Shown: positions 48,481 to 58,433, counted from the first letter of the stretch. The stretch is 64,000 bases of DNA from Candidatus Bathyarchaeota archaeon (GCA_052246995.1 JBQPWD010000001.1:142652-206651), one strand, 5' to 3'. The notes: generated by a model from the sequence alone, not told the origin. Made by a program: numbers and translations.

Positions 48481-49468
48481 CACTTAAAACCATCATTAAA
48501 AACGCAATAAAACCTAAAACCCTCCTAGATAAGGATAGAGGTGAAACATCGTCTAATGGTGCTGCTCTTTTTGTCTGAAACATTAGGAAAAGTATGAGTA
48601 AACCGAAAAACCAAAAACCTGTAACAAAAGTTATGATAACGCCTATCATTGAAGCTATAGCATGACCTCTTTCTCCAAAAATTGCTGAAGCTAGATGACC
48701 ACCATCCAGTTGACCTATTGGTAGAAGATTTAAAAATGTTACTACAAAGCCGAGCCATGCTGCTAAGCCTATAGGTGGGGTTAGTAAGACATTTCCATAT
48801 TCCAGTGGAAGATTAGCAAAATTAACAAGTATTATCCATGCAAGACTTACAGGCACCGTACGTATTTCTATTCCCATCTCCTTAAGCTGCTCAATTATTC
48901 CCACATCAATTATACGTACACCTTGAATAGATATAGCTGCAACAATTAGTGTAACAATAAACCCTACAATTGGGCCACTAAATCCAAGGTCGAAAAGATG
49001 GTCACGGTTTATTGCAGGCTCTTTTTGCATTATCACAGCACCAAATGTTCCAAAACCAACCGGAAACGGAGGTCCAGGTATAAAGTATGGTAACGTTGCC
49101 TCTATACCCTTAAGCTTGCATACAGCTTTATGTCCAAGCTCATGTAATCCAACAATCCCTAGAAGAGCTACTGTAAAGTATAGTGCATGTAGAAAAACAT
49201 TCTCATTAAAAATTAGTGACCATGTTAGCGAGTTTACATATCCACTTAAAAACACGGTTATCATTGTTGCTAAGAAAAGTATGATGTTAACCCTAATCTT
49301 TGAAGGCTTTATCTCAGGCTTGTTAAAAATGTAAAGTTTAATGCCTCCATTTTTCCTCCTTAGTGCTGGGAAGATCATCCACGGCCTTAACTTTTTAACA
49401 AGGTTTTCAAAAGGTTTTTTAGGGTTTTTTAACAGTTTAACTTTAAACGACAGTACCCCAAACTCCAT
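48464..49468 (-). CDS. Site-2 protease (M50-family intramembrane metalloprotease)
   Basis: 334 aa polytopic. HELGHKAVCKLKGI (HExxH) and a downstream LDGGH-type motif (QLDGGHLA). Confidence 0.8.
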   Translation of the reverse strand: MEFGVLSFKVKLLKNPKKPFENLVKKLRPWMIFPALRRKNGGIKLYIFNKPEIKPSKIRVNIILFLATMITVFLSGYVNSLTWSLIFNENVFLHALYFTVALLGIVGLHELGHKAVCKLKGIEATLPYFIPGPPFPVGFGTFGAVIMQKEPAINRDHLFDLGFSGPIVGFIVTLIVAAISIQGVRIIDVGIIEQLKEMGIEIRTVPVSLAWIILVNFANLPLEYGNVLLTPPIGLAAWLGFVVTFLNLLPIGQLDGGHLASAIFGERGHAIASMIGVIITFVTGFWFFGLLILFLMFQTKRAAPLDDVSPLSLSRRVLGFIAFLMMVLSAIVLW

Positions 49469-49654
49469 GGTAACTTCTTCAACATTAAATTCGGTTTCAA
49501 CTATACTTCTAACCTCAGTAATACTTAATGGTAGCTTGTATTCATTACCCGCTGAATGTAAGAATCATCCCTCCAGTCAAACCCTAAATTATTTATGGGT
49601 ATTAGGTAGTTTTATAGTTATATTATATCAAGTAGGCTTTTAAAGGTTTAAAAA

Positions 49655-50191
49655 ATGGCTGCCCAACAAATACTTAAAAACACAAACTACAAAATTAGAA
49701 AGTTTAGAGAGGAAGACCTTGATAAGGTTATTACGATAAACAGACTTTGTCTGCCGGAAAACTACAGTTCAGAGTTTTTCCTTGAAATCTACCGGAGTTA
49801 TCCTGAAACATTTATTGTTGTTGAATACGGTGGCGAGGTTGTCGGCTACATTATGGTTAGAGTTGAAACTGGTTTTTCTGATTTTCATAAGTTTAAGCTC
49901 ATAAGGAAAGGTCATGTGGTGTCTATAGCTGTTTTACCAGAGCATAGGTTAAAGGGTGTAGGTAAAAGCCTACTTTTAACAGCAATGGAAAAAATGGTTG
50001 AACGTTATAAGTGCCAGGAAACATTTTTAGAGGTCAGAGTTAGCAACTTTCCTGCTATATCTCTTTACAAGAAGCTTGGATATAGGGAAATTAAAAGAAT
50101 ACCTTACTATTATCTTGATGGGGAAGATGCGTATTTAATGAGTAGAGAACTTAAGGATAAAAATTTTAATGAATTGTCGGCTAAGAACTAG
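49655..50191 (+). CDS. GNAT N-acetyltransferase (archaeal Ard1/RimI-like N-terminal acetyltransferase)
   Basis: 178 aa. FREEDLDKVITINRLCLPENY, then RLKGVGKSLL (the Q/RxxGxG/A acetyl-CoA motif). Confidence 0.75.
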   Translation: MAAQQILKNTNYKIRKFREEDLDKVITINRLCLPENYSSEFFLEIYRSYPETFIVVEYGGEVVGYIMVRVETGFSDFHKFKLIRKGHVVSIAVLPEHRLKGVGKSLLLTAMEKMVERYKCQETFLEVRVSNFPAISLYKKLGYREIKRIPYYYLDGEDAYLMSRELKDKNFNELSAKN

Positions 50192-50202
50192 CTGAGTTAA
50201 CC

Positions 50203-51462
50203 ATGAAGTACATTGTTGTTATTGGAGACGGAATGGCTGACTATCCAAGTAAAAATTTTGATGGTAAAACTCCACTGGAGGTGGCTGAACATCCAAATAT
50301 GGATATGCTTGCTTCTAAAGGATTGTGCGGTGTTTTAAACACTATACCTGAGGGATTGGATGCAGGCTCAGACATAGCTATAATGTCAATTTTAGGGTAT
50401 GACCCAAAAAAATACTACCCTGGTAGAGGTTCGCTTGAGGCAGTTGCTTCTGGTGTAAAACTTAGAAATGAAGACATAGCCTTCAGATGCAACTTGGCAA
50501 CAGAAGAGGATGGTTTCCTTATTGACTATTCAGCTAACCATATAACTACTGAAGAAGCTTCTAAACTTATAGATGCGCTAAACAATTCTCTTGGGGAGAA
50601 AAACAAAGTTAGATTTTACGTTGGATCAGGGTACAGGCATATTCTTGTTTTAACTGGTAAAGAGTTTTCTTCAAGTGTAGATTGTAAGCCTCCTCACGAT
50701 TATGTGGGGAAGAAAATTTCCAGTATAATGGTTAAGTCTAAATCAAAATTTGGAATTAAAACTGCAGAATTGCTTAACAATCTAATTTTAAATTCAAAAA
50801 ACGTCTTATCTATTCATCCAGTAAATGTTGATAGGGTTAAAAGAGGGTTAAAACCTGCAAACATAATATGGCCTTGGAGTCCAGGTAAAAAACCTAGACT
50901 GCCAAGTTTTAAAAAATTATTCGGTTTAAATGGCGCTATTATTTCGGCAGTACCTCTTGTTAAGGGTATAGGGTTATGTGCCAAAATGAGTGTTGTAGAT
51001 GTTCCAGGTGCCACCGGATTTATTGATACAAGTTATGAAGGCAAAGCAATGTATGCTTTAAAAAGCCTTAAGGAAAATGACTTAGTTGTTATTCACGTTG
51101 AAGCTCCAGATGAAGCAGGACATCTTGGATCTTTTAATCTTAAGGTTAAAGCTATAGAGGATATTGATAAAAGGCTTATTGGTAATTTGCTTAACAATTT
51201 AGAAGATGATTACGCCTTTACTGTGTTATCTGACCATCTAACACCTGTTAGTATTAAAACTCATGTAAGAGGTGAAGTTCCATTTTTGATATACTCAACA
51301 AAATGGAAGGTAAAGAAGCCACCTTTAGGTTGCAAAAGCTTGACAGGACGCTTTTGCGAGAAAGAAGCTGGAAAAGCCGGGATTAAGATTGATGAGGGGG
51401 TAAATTTTATGTCATTTTTCTTAAAGGCTGGTAAGGGAGTAGATGAAGCCAAAAATGAGTAA
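50203..51462 (+). CDS. apgM: 2,3-bisphosphoglycerate-independent phosphoglycerate mutase, archaeal type
   Basis: 419 aa. KYIVVIGDGMADYP and a C-terminal alkaline-phosphatase-like core (HVEAPDEAGH). Confidence 0.85.
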   Translation: MKYIVVIGDGMADYPSKNFDGKTPLEVAEHPNMDMLASKGLCGVLNTIPEGLDAGSDIAIMSILGYDPKKYYPGRGSLEAVASGVKLRNEDIAFRCNLATEEDGFLIDYSANHITTEEASKLIDALNNSLGEKNKVRFYVGSGYRHILVLTGKEFSSSVDCKPPHDYVGKKISSIMVKSKSKFGIKTAELLNNLILNSKNVLSIHPVNVDRVKRGLKPANIIWPWSPGKKPRLPSFKKLFGLNGAIISAVPLVKGIGLCAKMSVVDVPGATGFIDTSYEGKAMYALKSLKENDLVVIHVEAPDEAGHLGSFNLKVKAIEDIDKRLIGNLLNNLEDDYAFTVLSDHLTPVSIKTHVRGEVPFLIYSTKWKVKKPPLGCKSLTGRFCEKEAGKAGIKIDEGVNFMSFFLKAGKGVDEAKNE

Positions 51463-51637
51463 GGTAAGCTGGGTCTTAGCTTCTCTCACGCTTATTTTAA
51501 TGGTTATAATTGTACATGTCTTAGAACTTTATTTTGATATTCTTTTTACACCTGAGTTTAAATTTACCCTTCTATATCTTCCAGCATTACTATCAGCAGC
51601 AATTTCTATTTACCTTTACATCATAAAAAAGGACTAA
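51443..51637 (+). CDS. Possible small two-TM membrane protein
   Basis: 64 aa with two hydrophobic helices. Its start overlaps the apgM 3' end and its stop overlaps the rpoK 3' end (convergent). Confidence 0.25.
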   Translation: MKPKMSKVSWVLASLTLILMVIIVHVLELYFDILFTPEFKFTLLYLPALLSAAISIYLYIIKKD

Positions 51638-51918
51638 AATTTGAATTGTCTTCTTCTTTTTTCTATTTCCTTTTCAAGCTTAAGCAATGTTTGTACGGAA
51701 ACGTAAACAAAACTTCCATCCGGAAGTTTTCTTTTAATTGTTATGGGTAAAATACCCATTTCAAATTCTAGTAAAGCTATCTCCATAGGTCTGGTCACAT
51801 TACTTGGTGGTGTAATTAACACGGGCGCTCCGAGGGCGATCTGTAATGCACGTGCACCTATTATTCTTGCACGTTCAAACCTTGTTAATCTTGGAGGCCC
51901 GATAAGGTCTTTAATTAT
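51634..51918 (-). CDS. rpoK: DNA-directed RNA polymerase subunit K (Rpo6/RPB6 homologue); start codon non-canonical or lost
   Basis: Translation upstream of the track ORF (51634..51822, GTG) continues in frame: IIKDLIGPPRLTRFERARIIGARALQIALGAPVLI, the RpoK signature. An in-frame TGA at 51925-51927 is followed only by GGC AGT ATA ATT AAA. No ATG, GTG or TTG is available before the conserved TRFERARIIGARALQ box. Confidence 0.7.
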   Translation of the reverse strand: MIKDLIGPPRLTRFERARIIGARALQIALGAPVLITPPSNVTRPMEIALLEFEMGILPITIKRKLPDGSFVYVSVQTLLKLEKEIEKRRRQFKF

Positions 51919-52182
51919 ACTGCCTCAACCCCTGTTAAAGGTATAGTTAAAATAATTTAATCCTTAATCTTGTCACCTTTTTAACAAAGGTGAATTAACC
52001 TTTAACCAGCTTTTACTCTTTATGCTTAACATTTTTTTATGAAAAAATAAGGTAAAAGATCTTTTCACCCTTTTTCCACCTCAACCTTAGCTTGGAAGAA
52101 ATAGGTATTACGTCTAGGGTTTTAAACTTTATCTTAAAAAGATTAGATAATTTAAACTTTTTGGTGGAGTGGGTCAATTTTT

Positions 52183-53457
52183 TTAAGCTTTAACTAGTCT
52201 AAGTCCTGTTGCGTTTGAGACTATTTCCAGTTCTGGGGTTAAGTCTCCGTAGCATAGGACATGATGGTTTCCAGTTGTTTCAAGAAACCTTTTTAAATCT
52301 CCGTTAAACTTTAAACTTACCTGTGTTCTACAAAGATTCTCGCTTTGGGATTCTTTTTTTATAGCTTCTCCAACTCCCACAACAAGTGATGGAGGTTTTC
52401 TTACTACGTGAATAATTGTCAAAGGACCATTTTTTAATTGCACCTCCAAGGCTACACTTAAACCAGTTTCAAAGTGGCTTCTAAGCTTAACCTTACCGCC
52501 ATCTGAAAGTTTTGTTGCCGCTGTACAATGTGCAAATGTCAAGGTTTTGTCCTCTAGGTTAACCTTACTTAGATTTGCAAGCCAACATGGTTTTCCAGTT
52601 AGTTTAGGTAAAAGAAGCATTAACGGGACATGTAAAATGTCGCCTTCGCACACTCCCTGTAGGTCTTCATCGATTAATAATGAAAACGCTAGGCATGGAG
52701 TTATGTTTAACTTTTTAAGCAAACTAAAACAATCTAACGTGATGCAGCTTAAATTCTCAGTTTTCATAATGTGTTTTAATGCGAGATAAAGTTTACAGGA
52801 ATTTTTAATATCCTCTTGGGATGGTTCAACAACTTCAAAGCAATCTTTAAACCTGCTTATTAAGGAATCAACCTCCTTTTCAACAACTTCTCCAAGTCTA
52901 CCTTCTAATTTCTTTAAGGATAAAGTTTTAACATTCGTCCCAAAAAATTTCCTAACAAAGTTTTTCCGGTTCAAGTCTTTATTACTTCCAATAAATCCAA
53001 CGGTGGCAAGCTTAAGATTTTTTATTTTCCATAAAACATGAACAACCCTGGTAACCTTCTTTAAGTTTTCCTCCATTTTTTCAACGTCAATGTAGAAAAG
53101 ATGACTTCTCCATTTATTTACCGCAACTAGTTTTTCTTTTGCTGTTAAAGCTGAAGGTAAACTGTTATTTTCACTGTAAGCAAGAAGAATCCATTTTTTA
53201 TTCATAATTAACTTCTTAATTATCTCAGCTGTTCCACCACTTCCAACAAAAACTACTATAGCATCAAATTTTTCTTCATCTATCTTTAAACGTGAAACTT
53301 GAGATAAATCACGGATAAATTTTTCTAGTGTAATGTTAACTTCCTTTTCAAGTAACTCTTTAAGCCTGAGTAGAATGGTTAAAATCCTTTTTTCCTCATG
53401 AAGTGGTGAAATAGTAGGTATAACAAGCACATTAGGTTTTTTAAACAAGTCCACCAA
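52183..53457 (-). CDS. L-fucose/L-arabinose isomerase-family protein (COG2407-like), function unknown
   Basis: 424 aa. The N-terminal Rossmann-like domain and the C-terminal ...GNHHVLCYGD... resemble the FucI C-terminal domain. Tentative call. Confidence 0.4.
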   Translation of the reverse strand: MVDLFKKPNVLVIPTISPLHEEKRILTILLRLKELLEKEVNITLEKFIRDLSQVSRLKIDEEKFDAIVVFVGSGGTAEIIKKLIMNKKWILLAYSENNSLPSALTAKEKLVAVNKWRSHLFYIDVEKMEENLKKVTRVVHVLWKIKNLKLATVGFIGSNKDLNRKNFVRKFFGTNVKTLSLKKLEGRLGEVVEKEVDSLISRFKDCFEVVEPSQEDIKNSCKLYLALKHIMKTENLSCITLDCFSLLKKLNITPCLAFSLLIDEDLQGVCEGDILHVPLMLLLPKLTGKPCWLANLSKVNLEDKTLTFAHCTAATKLSDGGKVKLRSHFETGLSVALEVQLKNGPLTIIHVVRKPPSLVVGVGEAIKKESQSENLCRTQVSLKFNGDLKRFLETTGNHHVLCYGDLTPELEIVSNATGLRLVKA

Positions 53458-53532
53458 CCTATTTATAGAAAAGCTACACCAAAAAATTAAAATTTTAAAT
53501 CAAATGAAAACGTTAATGGTGAGATAGCTAGG

Positions 53533-54654
53533 TTGAGGAAACTTATTCCTATTGCCAAGCCGTTAGTAGGTAAGGAGGAAATCGAAGCTGTTGTTGGTGT
53601 TTTGAAAAGTGGCATTTTAACTTCAAAATTTGGCGATGGACATTACTGTAAAAAGTTTGAAGAAAGCTTCGCAAAATACGTTGGAACAAAGTATGCTGTT
53701 GCGGTAAATTCGGGTACAGCAGCCTTACATGCAGCATTACTTGCAAGTGGTGTTAGCTACAACGATGAGGTTATTGTTCCAAGCTTTACTTTTATTGCTA
53801 CAGTTGAAGCTGTCATCTTGGCTGGTGCAAAGCCGTGCTTTGTGGATATAAACCCTAAAACATACACCATGGACCCTGACCTTATTGAAGATGCGATAAC
53901 TGATAGAACTGTTGCAATAATCCCTGTTCACCTCTACGGTTTAATGGCTGACATGGAAAAGATAACTAAAATTGCTAAGGACCATGATTTAGTTGTTATT
54001 GAAGATGCGGCTCAGGCGCTTGGCGCCGAGTTACATGGTAAAAAAGCAGGTTCCTTTGGTGATTACGGCTGTTTTAGTTTTTATCCATCAAAGCATATAA
54101 CCACTGGGGAGGGTGGAATGATTACAACAAATAGACGGGATAATGTTGAAGCGCTTTATGCTATCAGAACTCATGGAATAAATAGACAGAATTTAAGTGA
54201 AAGGCTTGGTCATAACTATAGACTTCCAGAAATTGCTTGTGCACTAGGTTATTACCAACTTTTAAAGCTTCCAAAATTTCTAGAGTCTAGAAGAAAAAAT
54301 GCTGAAGCATTAACAAACATGCTTGAAGAAGTTACTAGGCTTGAACTTCCACTTGAGCCTGAAGGTTATAGGCATTCATGGTATGTCTATACAGTGAAGG
54401 TTAGAGGTTCAAGAGCTGGTGAAAGAAATAAGATTGTTAAAAAGCTTGCTGATTCAGGTATACAAGCTGAAGTTTACTACCCTACTCCTGTACATATGGC
54501 CCCATATTATAGAAGACTTCTAGGTTTTAAGCTGAAATCTCTTCCGAAGACTGAAACCGTTGCAAGACAGGTATTTTCCCTACCTACGCATCCTGCTTTA
54601 ACTGAGGAAGATTTAAGGTATATTGCGCAGAAGGTAAAAAAGGTTGTTAGTTAA
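53533..54654 (+). CDS. DegT/DnrJ/EryC1/StrS-family PLP-dependent (sugar) aminotransferase
   Basis: 373 aa. AVNSGTAALHAAL, ...FSFYPSKHITTGEGGMI... (PLP-Lys in SKH) and ...YRLPEIACALG.... Its 3' end overlaps the larB start. Confidence 0.8.
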   Translation: MRKLIPIAKPLVGKEEIEAVVGVLKSGILTSKFGDGHYCKKFEESFAKYVGTKYAVAVNSGTAALHAALLASGVSYNDEVIVPSFTFIATVEAVILAGAKPCFVDINPKTYTMDPDLIEDAITDRTVAIIPVHLYGLMADMEKITKIAKDHDLVVIEDAAQALGAELHGKKAGSFGDYGCFSFYPSKHITTGEGGMITTNRRDNVEALYAIRTHGINRQNLSERLGHNYRLPEIACALGYYQLLKLPKFLESRRKNAEALTNMLEEVTRLELPLEPEGYRHSWYVYTVKVRGSRAGERNKIVKKLADSGIQAEVYYPTPVHMAPYYRRLLGFKLKSLPKTETVARQVFSLPTHPALTEEDLRYIAQKVKKVVS

Positions 54655-55459
54655 CTTTGAAGCTATGGTTAAAATGGGTATTAAGGACGTTTTAAGGAAG
54701 GTTAAGAAAGGGGATATTTCCATTAAAGAAGCAGAAAAACAGCTAAAACTTTTAACAGTAAAAAGCATCGGAGATTTTGCTAAAATAGATGTTGGAAGGT
54801 TTAATCGTAGAGGAATACCTGAAATCGTTCTTGCCGAATATAAGCATCCCGATGAAACTGTAAAAATAGTTGAAAACTTTGTAAAAGATTGTGGCAAAGC
54901 TATAGTTAGTAGAACCTCTGCTAAGCATGTTAAGGAACTAAAAAGAAAGCTTGGAAAAAAGTTTAAGATTAAAGTTTATGATAAAGCTAGAATTGTAGTT
55001 GTTGAGAGAAAAAACTTTCATGAATTTAGAGGTGGAGGAAAAATCGGTGTTTTATCAGCTGGAACAGCTGATATTCCTGTAGCCGAAGAGGTTGTTGTTG
55101 TAGCAAAAGAGCTTGGCTGTAAAGTTTATCATGCCTACGATGTTGGTGTAGCTGGTATTCATAGAGCATTTTTATCAATCCAAGAAATGTTAAAAAAAGG
55201 GGTTGACGTGTTTGTTGTTGTAGCAGGTATGGAGGGCGCTCTTCCCTCAGTTATTTCAGGTTTGGTTGACCGCCCAGTTATAGGTGTTCCAACATCAACA
55301 GGTTATGGTTATGGTGGTGGTGGAATGGCTGCTTTAATGTCCATGCTTCAATCGTGTAGTTTAGGCTTAGCTGTTGTTAATATTGATAATGGTGTTGGTG
55401 CTGGTTGTTTAGCAGCACTTATAGCAAATAGGATTGCTGAAGCAAGAAGCTCTAAGTAG
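54644..55459 (+). CDS. larB: LarB (pyridinium-3,5-biscarboxylic acid mononucleotide synthase; PurE-like nickel-pincer cofactor biosynthesis)
   Basis: 271 aa. An N-terminal LarB-specific region, then a PurE-like domain GVLSAGTADIPVAEE...VAGMEGALPSV. Confidence 0.7.
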   Translation: MLVNFEAMVKMGIKDVLRKVKKGDISIKEAEKQLKLLTVKSIGDFAKIDVGRFNRRGIPEIVLAEYKHPDETVKIVENFVKDCGKAIVSRTSAKHVKELKRKLGKKFKIKVYDKARIVVVERKNFHEFRGGGKIGVLSAGTADIPVAEEVVVVAKELGCKVYHAYDVGVAGIHRAFLSIQEMLKKGVDVFVVVAGMEGALPSVISGLVDRPVIGVPTSTGYGYGGGGMAALMSMLQSCSLGLAVVNIDNGVGAGCLAALIANRIAEARSSK

Positions 55460-55556
55460 CTGAATATCAAATGTCGCCTTTAAGTTGAGTTTTAGGCTTC
55501 TTAAGATTAGGAGGACATACAAAAATTAATTAAATTTTTAAGCAAGTAAAACTTTA

Positions 55557-55883
55557 TTAGTAATCTTCAGTGTTTATTTCACGTTTTTTTGAGTTTTTTC
55601 CCGTTAAAAATAGCTGAACACAAAAAGGAACAGGGCCTTCTTCTTTGTCTTCATATTGAATTACAACAGACTTTGCATTTGGATAAACTTCTTTTACGTA
55701 TTCACCTATCTCTCTTGAACTAAGTTCTAGAATGTCTTTTGGTACAACTATAGTTGTTTTTTTTACTTCTACGTGCTCTATTTGAAGTGAAAACCCGTTT
55801 TCCCTTTTAAGAGTTGTATGAAGTATTAAAGGTATACGGACAAACTTCGTTAAGGATTTAACTTTTTTTTCTTCAATAGTCAT
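55557..55883 (-). CDS. Hypothetical protein
   Basis: Probable start at the internal ATG (MTIEEKKVKSL...), about 108 aa. No recognised motif. Confidence 0.35.
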   Translation of the reverse strand: MTIEEKKVKSLTKFVRIPLILHTTLKRENGFSLQIEHVEVKKTTIVVPKDILELSSREIGEYVKEVYPNAKSVVIQYEDKEEGPVPFCVQLFLTGKNSKKREINTEDY

Positions 55884-56144
55884 TGTTACCCCCTCTAAAG
55901 TAAGTGTTAAGAAGCGTTTCCTCCTCTCTACACTACTAGAAAAATGAAGGCACACATGAGTATATAACTTTATGGTAAAAAGTTTTAAACTTCCATGTTA
56001 AACCTTTAGGTTTTAACCTATAAAAACAGCTAAGCTGGTACTTAAAAGCTCTCTACAACCATAAATATAGCTTTAGCATCTAAAATTTAGACTTTAAAAG
56101 CTTAAAATAAAAGGGTAAAAATTTTTGATTTGAAGTGGTGGAAA

Positions 56145-57146
56145 ATGGCTTCCTCACTTTCTGTCGCAGCTATGTGGGTTGAGAAGTATAGGCCTCAAAC
56201 TCTTGACGAAGTTGTAAACCATGAACAAATAATTCAAAGTCTTAAAGGTTTCTTGAAAAATCCTGTAACAATGCCTCACCTACTATTTGCTGGTCCTCCT
56301 GGTAATGGTAAAACATCTGTAGCCCTATGCTTAGCTAGAGAGCTTCTAGGTTCAAATTGGAGAAACTATACTTTAGAACTTAATGCTTCTGATGAAAGAG
56401 GCATCGACATGGTTAGAGAACGTATTAAGACTTTTGCAAGGCATATTGTTGGAGGAATAGGGGGTATTCCTTTTGGATTAATAATTCTTGATGAAAGCGA
56501 CCAAATGACACCTGAGGCTCAAACGGCTCTTAGAAGGATAATGGAATCCTTCTCAAGAACCTCAAGATTTATACTAGTATGCAACTATATTGGGAAGATT
56601 ATTGAACCTATTCAAAGTAGATGTGCAATTTTTCGTTTTTCTCATCTAAAAAGAGAGGATGTTGAGGTTCATCTTAGACGTATAGCTAAAAATGAAGGTG
56701 TAAACGTTACAGATGCGGGAATTGAGTCTATTATTGATGAATGTAATGGCGACCTTAGAAGAGCTATAAACACGTTGCAAGCTGCCTCAACTTTAAGTAA
56801 AACTGTTGATAAGAAAGTGGTTTTACAAGTTATAGGTAAGGCTAAAGGTGAAGAGATACGTGAAATGCTTAAAAAAGCATTGCAGGGGGATTTCTTAGGT
56901 TCTAGGGAGTTGATGTATGAGCTTATGGTAAACTATGGGTTGTCTGGAAGTGACATTATCCGTCAACTTCACACAGAAGTTTTTAACCTTAAACTTCCCC
57001 CTCAAGTTCAGCTTGAACTTATTTCAACCATAGGTGAATACGATTTTCGTATAACTGAAGGTGCTAACGAGGATATCCAGCTTAGTGCTCTTATTGCTCA
57101 AATAGTAAGGTTAGGTATACGTGAAGGTTTGGGAAAACTAGTATGA
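56145..57146 (+). CDS. rfcS: Replication factor C small subunit
   Basis: MWVEKYRPQTLDE, Walker A PPGNGKTS, DEAD-like ILDESD, SRC motif (QSRCAIFRF). No intein. The track start at TTG 56130 is less likely than ATG 56145. Confidence 0.9.
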   Translation: MASSLSVAAMWVEKYRPQTLDEVVNHEQIIQSLKGFLKNPVTMPHLLFAGPPGNGKTSVALCLARELLGSNWRNYTLELNASDERGIDMVRERIKTFARHIVGGIGGIPFGLIILDESDQMTPEAQTALRRIMESFSRTSRFILVCNYIGKIIEPIQSRCAIFRFSHLKREDVEVHLRRIAKNEGVNVTDAGIESIIDECNGDLRRAINTLQAASTLSKTVDKKVVLQVIGKAKGEEIREMLKKALQGDFLGSRELMYELMVNYGLSGSDIIRQLHTEVFNLKLPPQVQLELISTIGEYDFRITEGANEDIQLSALIAQIVRLGIREGLGKLV

Positions 57147-58429
57147 ATGCCATAAACAGTTTAACTCTACAATCAGTTATGTGGGTTGAGAAGTATAGGC
57201 CTCAAACTCTTGATGAGATTATTGGAAACGAGGAGGCAAGAGCAGCGCTTCTTTCATGGCTTAAAAACTGGAAACCTGGAAGTAAACCCGCTCTCCTTTA
57301 CGGGCCGCCAGGTGTTGGCAAAACCGCAGTCGTACATGCTTTAGCAAAAACTTTTTTTTACGATCTTATCGAAACAAATGCTAGTGATGTTCGTACGGCT
57401 GAAAAAATTTTAAATATTGCTGGTCACGCTGCATCTGAAGATTCTCTTTTACAGCATTTTTTGGGGTTTAAAGGTACAATCATCCTTTTTGATGAGGTTG
57501 ATGGGATTTATAGTCGTGAAGATGCTGGTGGTCTTGAAACTATAATCAAAATTATCGTTAAAGCCAAAGTCCCAATAATTTTAACGGCTAACGATATTTC
57601 AGACCCAAAATTTAAGGAGCTAAAAAATCAATGTTTAACAATTCAGTTTTTCAGAGTTCGCTTACCATTAATTGTGGCTTTACTTGAAAGGATCTGTGAA
57701 ATGGAAAATGTAAAGTACGAGAGGGATGCTTTAAAGATACTTGCAAAGGTTAGTGGAGGGGATGTGAGATCTGCAATAAACGATTTACAAGTTATTTGTG
57801 AAAGAAATGGAAAGGTGACAGTAGATGCTGTCAAAACTTTATCATTAAGAGATAGGGAAGTTACGATTCAAAAAGCCTTAGAAGAACTCTTTCTTTCAGG
57901 TGACATTGAAAAAGTTAGAAGAATTTTAAATGAGGTTAACATAGACTATAAAACTTTTCTTCAAACAGTTCATGAGAATTTACCGTACCAGTATAGAGAT
58001 CCTGAAGAGTTAGCTTCAGCTTATGATAAACTTTCCATGGCTGATATTTTTCTCGGAAGAATGCAAAAAACACAGAATTGGAATTTATTGAAGTACGTTG
58101 TAGAGGAGATGAGCATGGGTGTAAATCTTTCACGTAAAAGAAAATATACCCCGGTAGGTTTCAGGTTTCCACCATCAAAGTTAATCTTGATGGCAAGAAC
58201 AAAATCAGTACGCGAAGTTTTAGACAAAATTTTAAGTTTAATAGGCAGACAATGTCATGTTTCACGCCGACGTGCAATGAAAGATTTTATTCCATTTTTA
58301 AGGATAATATTTGAAAATAGTCCAACTGAAGCTAAAAAGCTTGCTTCATGGTTTAACTTTACGGAAGATATGTATTCCTATCTTAGCGGTGAAAAAAAGG
58401 GTTCTACTAAAAAGTATCCTAAGGTGTAA
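57143..58429 (+). CDS. rfcL: Replication factor C large subunit
   Basis: 428 aa. MWVEKYRPQTLDE, Walker A PPGVGKTA and a C-terminal basic PCNA-interacting tail (KKGSTKKYPKV). Confidence 0.85.
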   Translation: MNAINSLTLQSVMWVEKYRPQTLDEIIGNEEARAALLSWLKNWKPGSKPALLYGPPGVGKTAVVHALAKTFFYDLIETNASDVRTAEKILNIAGHAASEDSLLQHFLGFKGTIILFDEVDGIYSREDAGGLETIIKIIVKAKVPIILTANDISDPKFKELKNQCLTIQFFRVRLPLIVALLERICEMENVKYERDALKILAKVSGGDVRSAINDLQVICERNGKVTVDAVKTLSLRDREVTIQKALEELFLSGDIEKVRRILNEVNIDYKTFLQTVHENLPYQYRDPEELASAYDKLSMADIFLGRMQKTQNWNLLKYVVEEMSMGVNLSRKRKYTPVGFRFPPSKLILMARTKSVREVLDKILSLIGRQCHVSRRRAMKDFIPFLRIIFENSPTEAKKLASWFNFTEDMYSYLSGEKKGSTKKYPKV

Positions 58430-58433
58430 GTGA

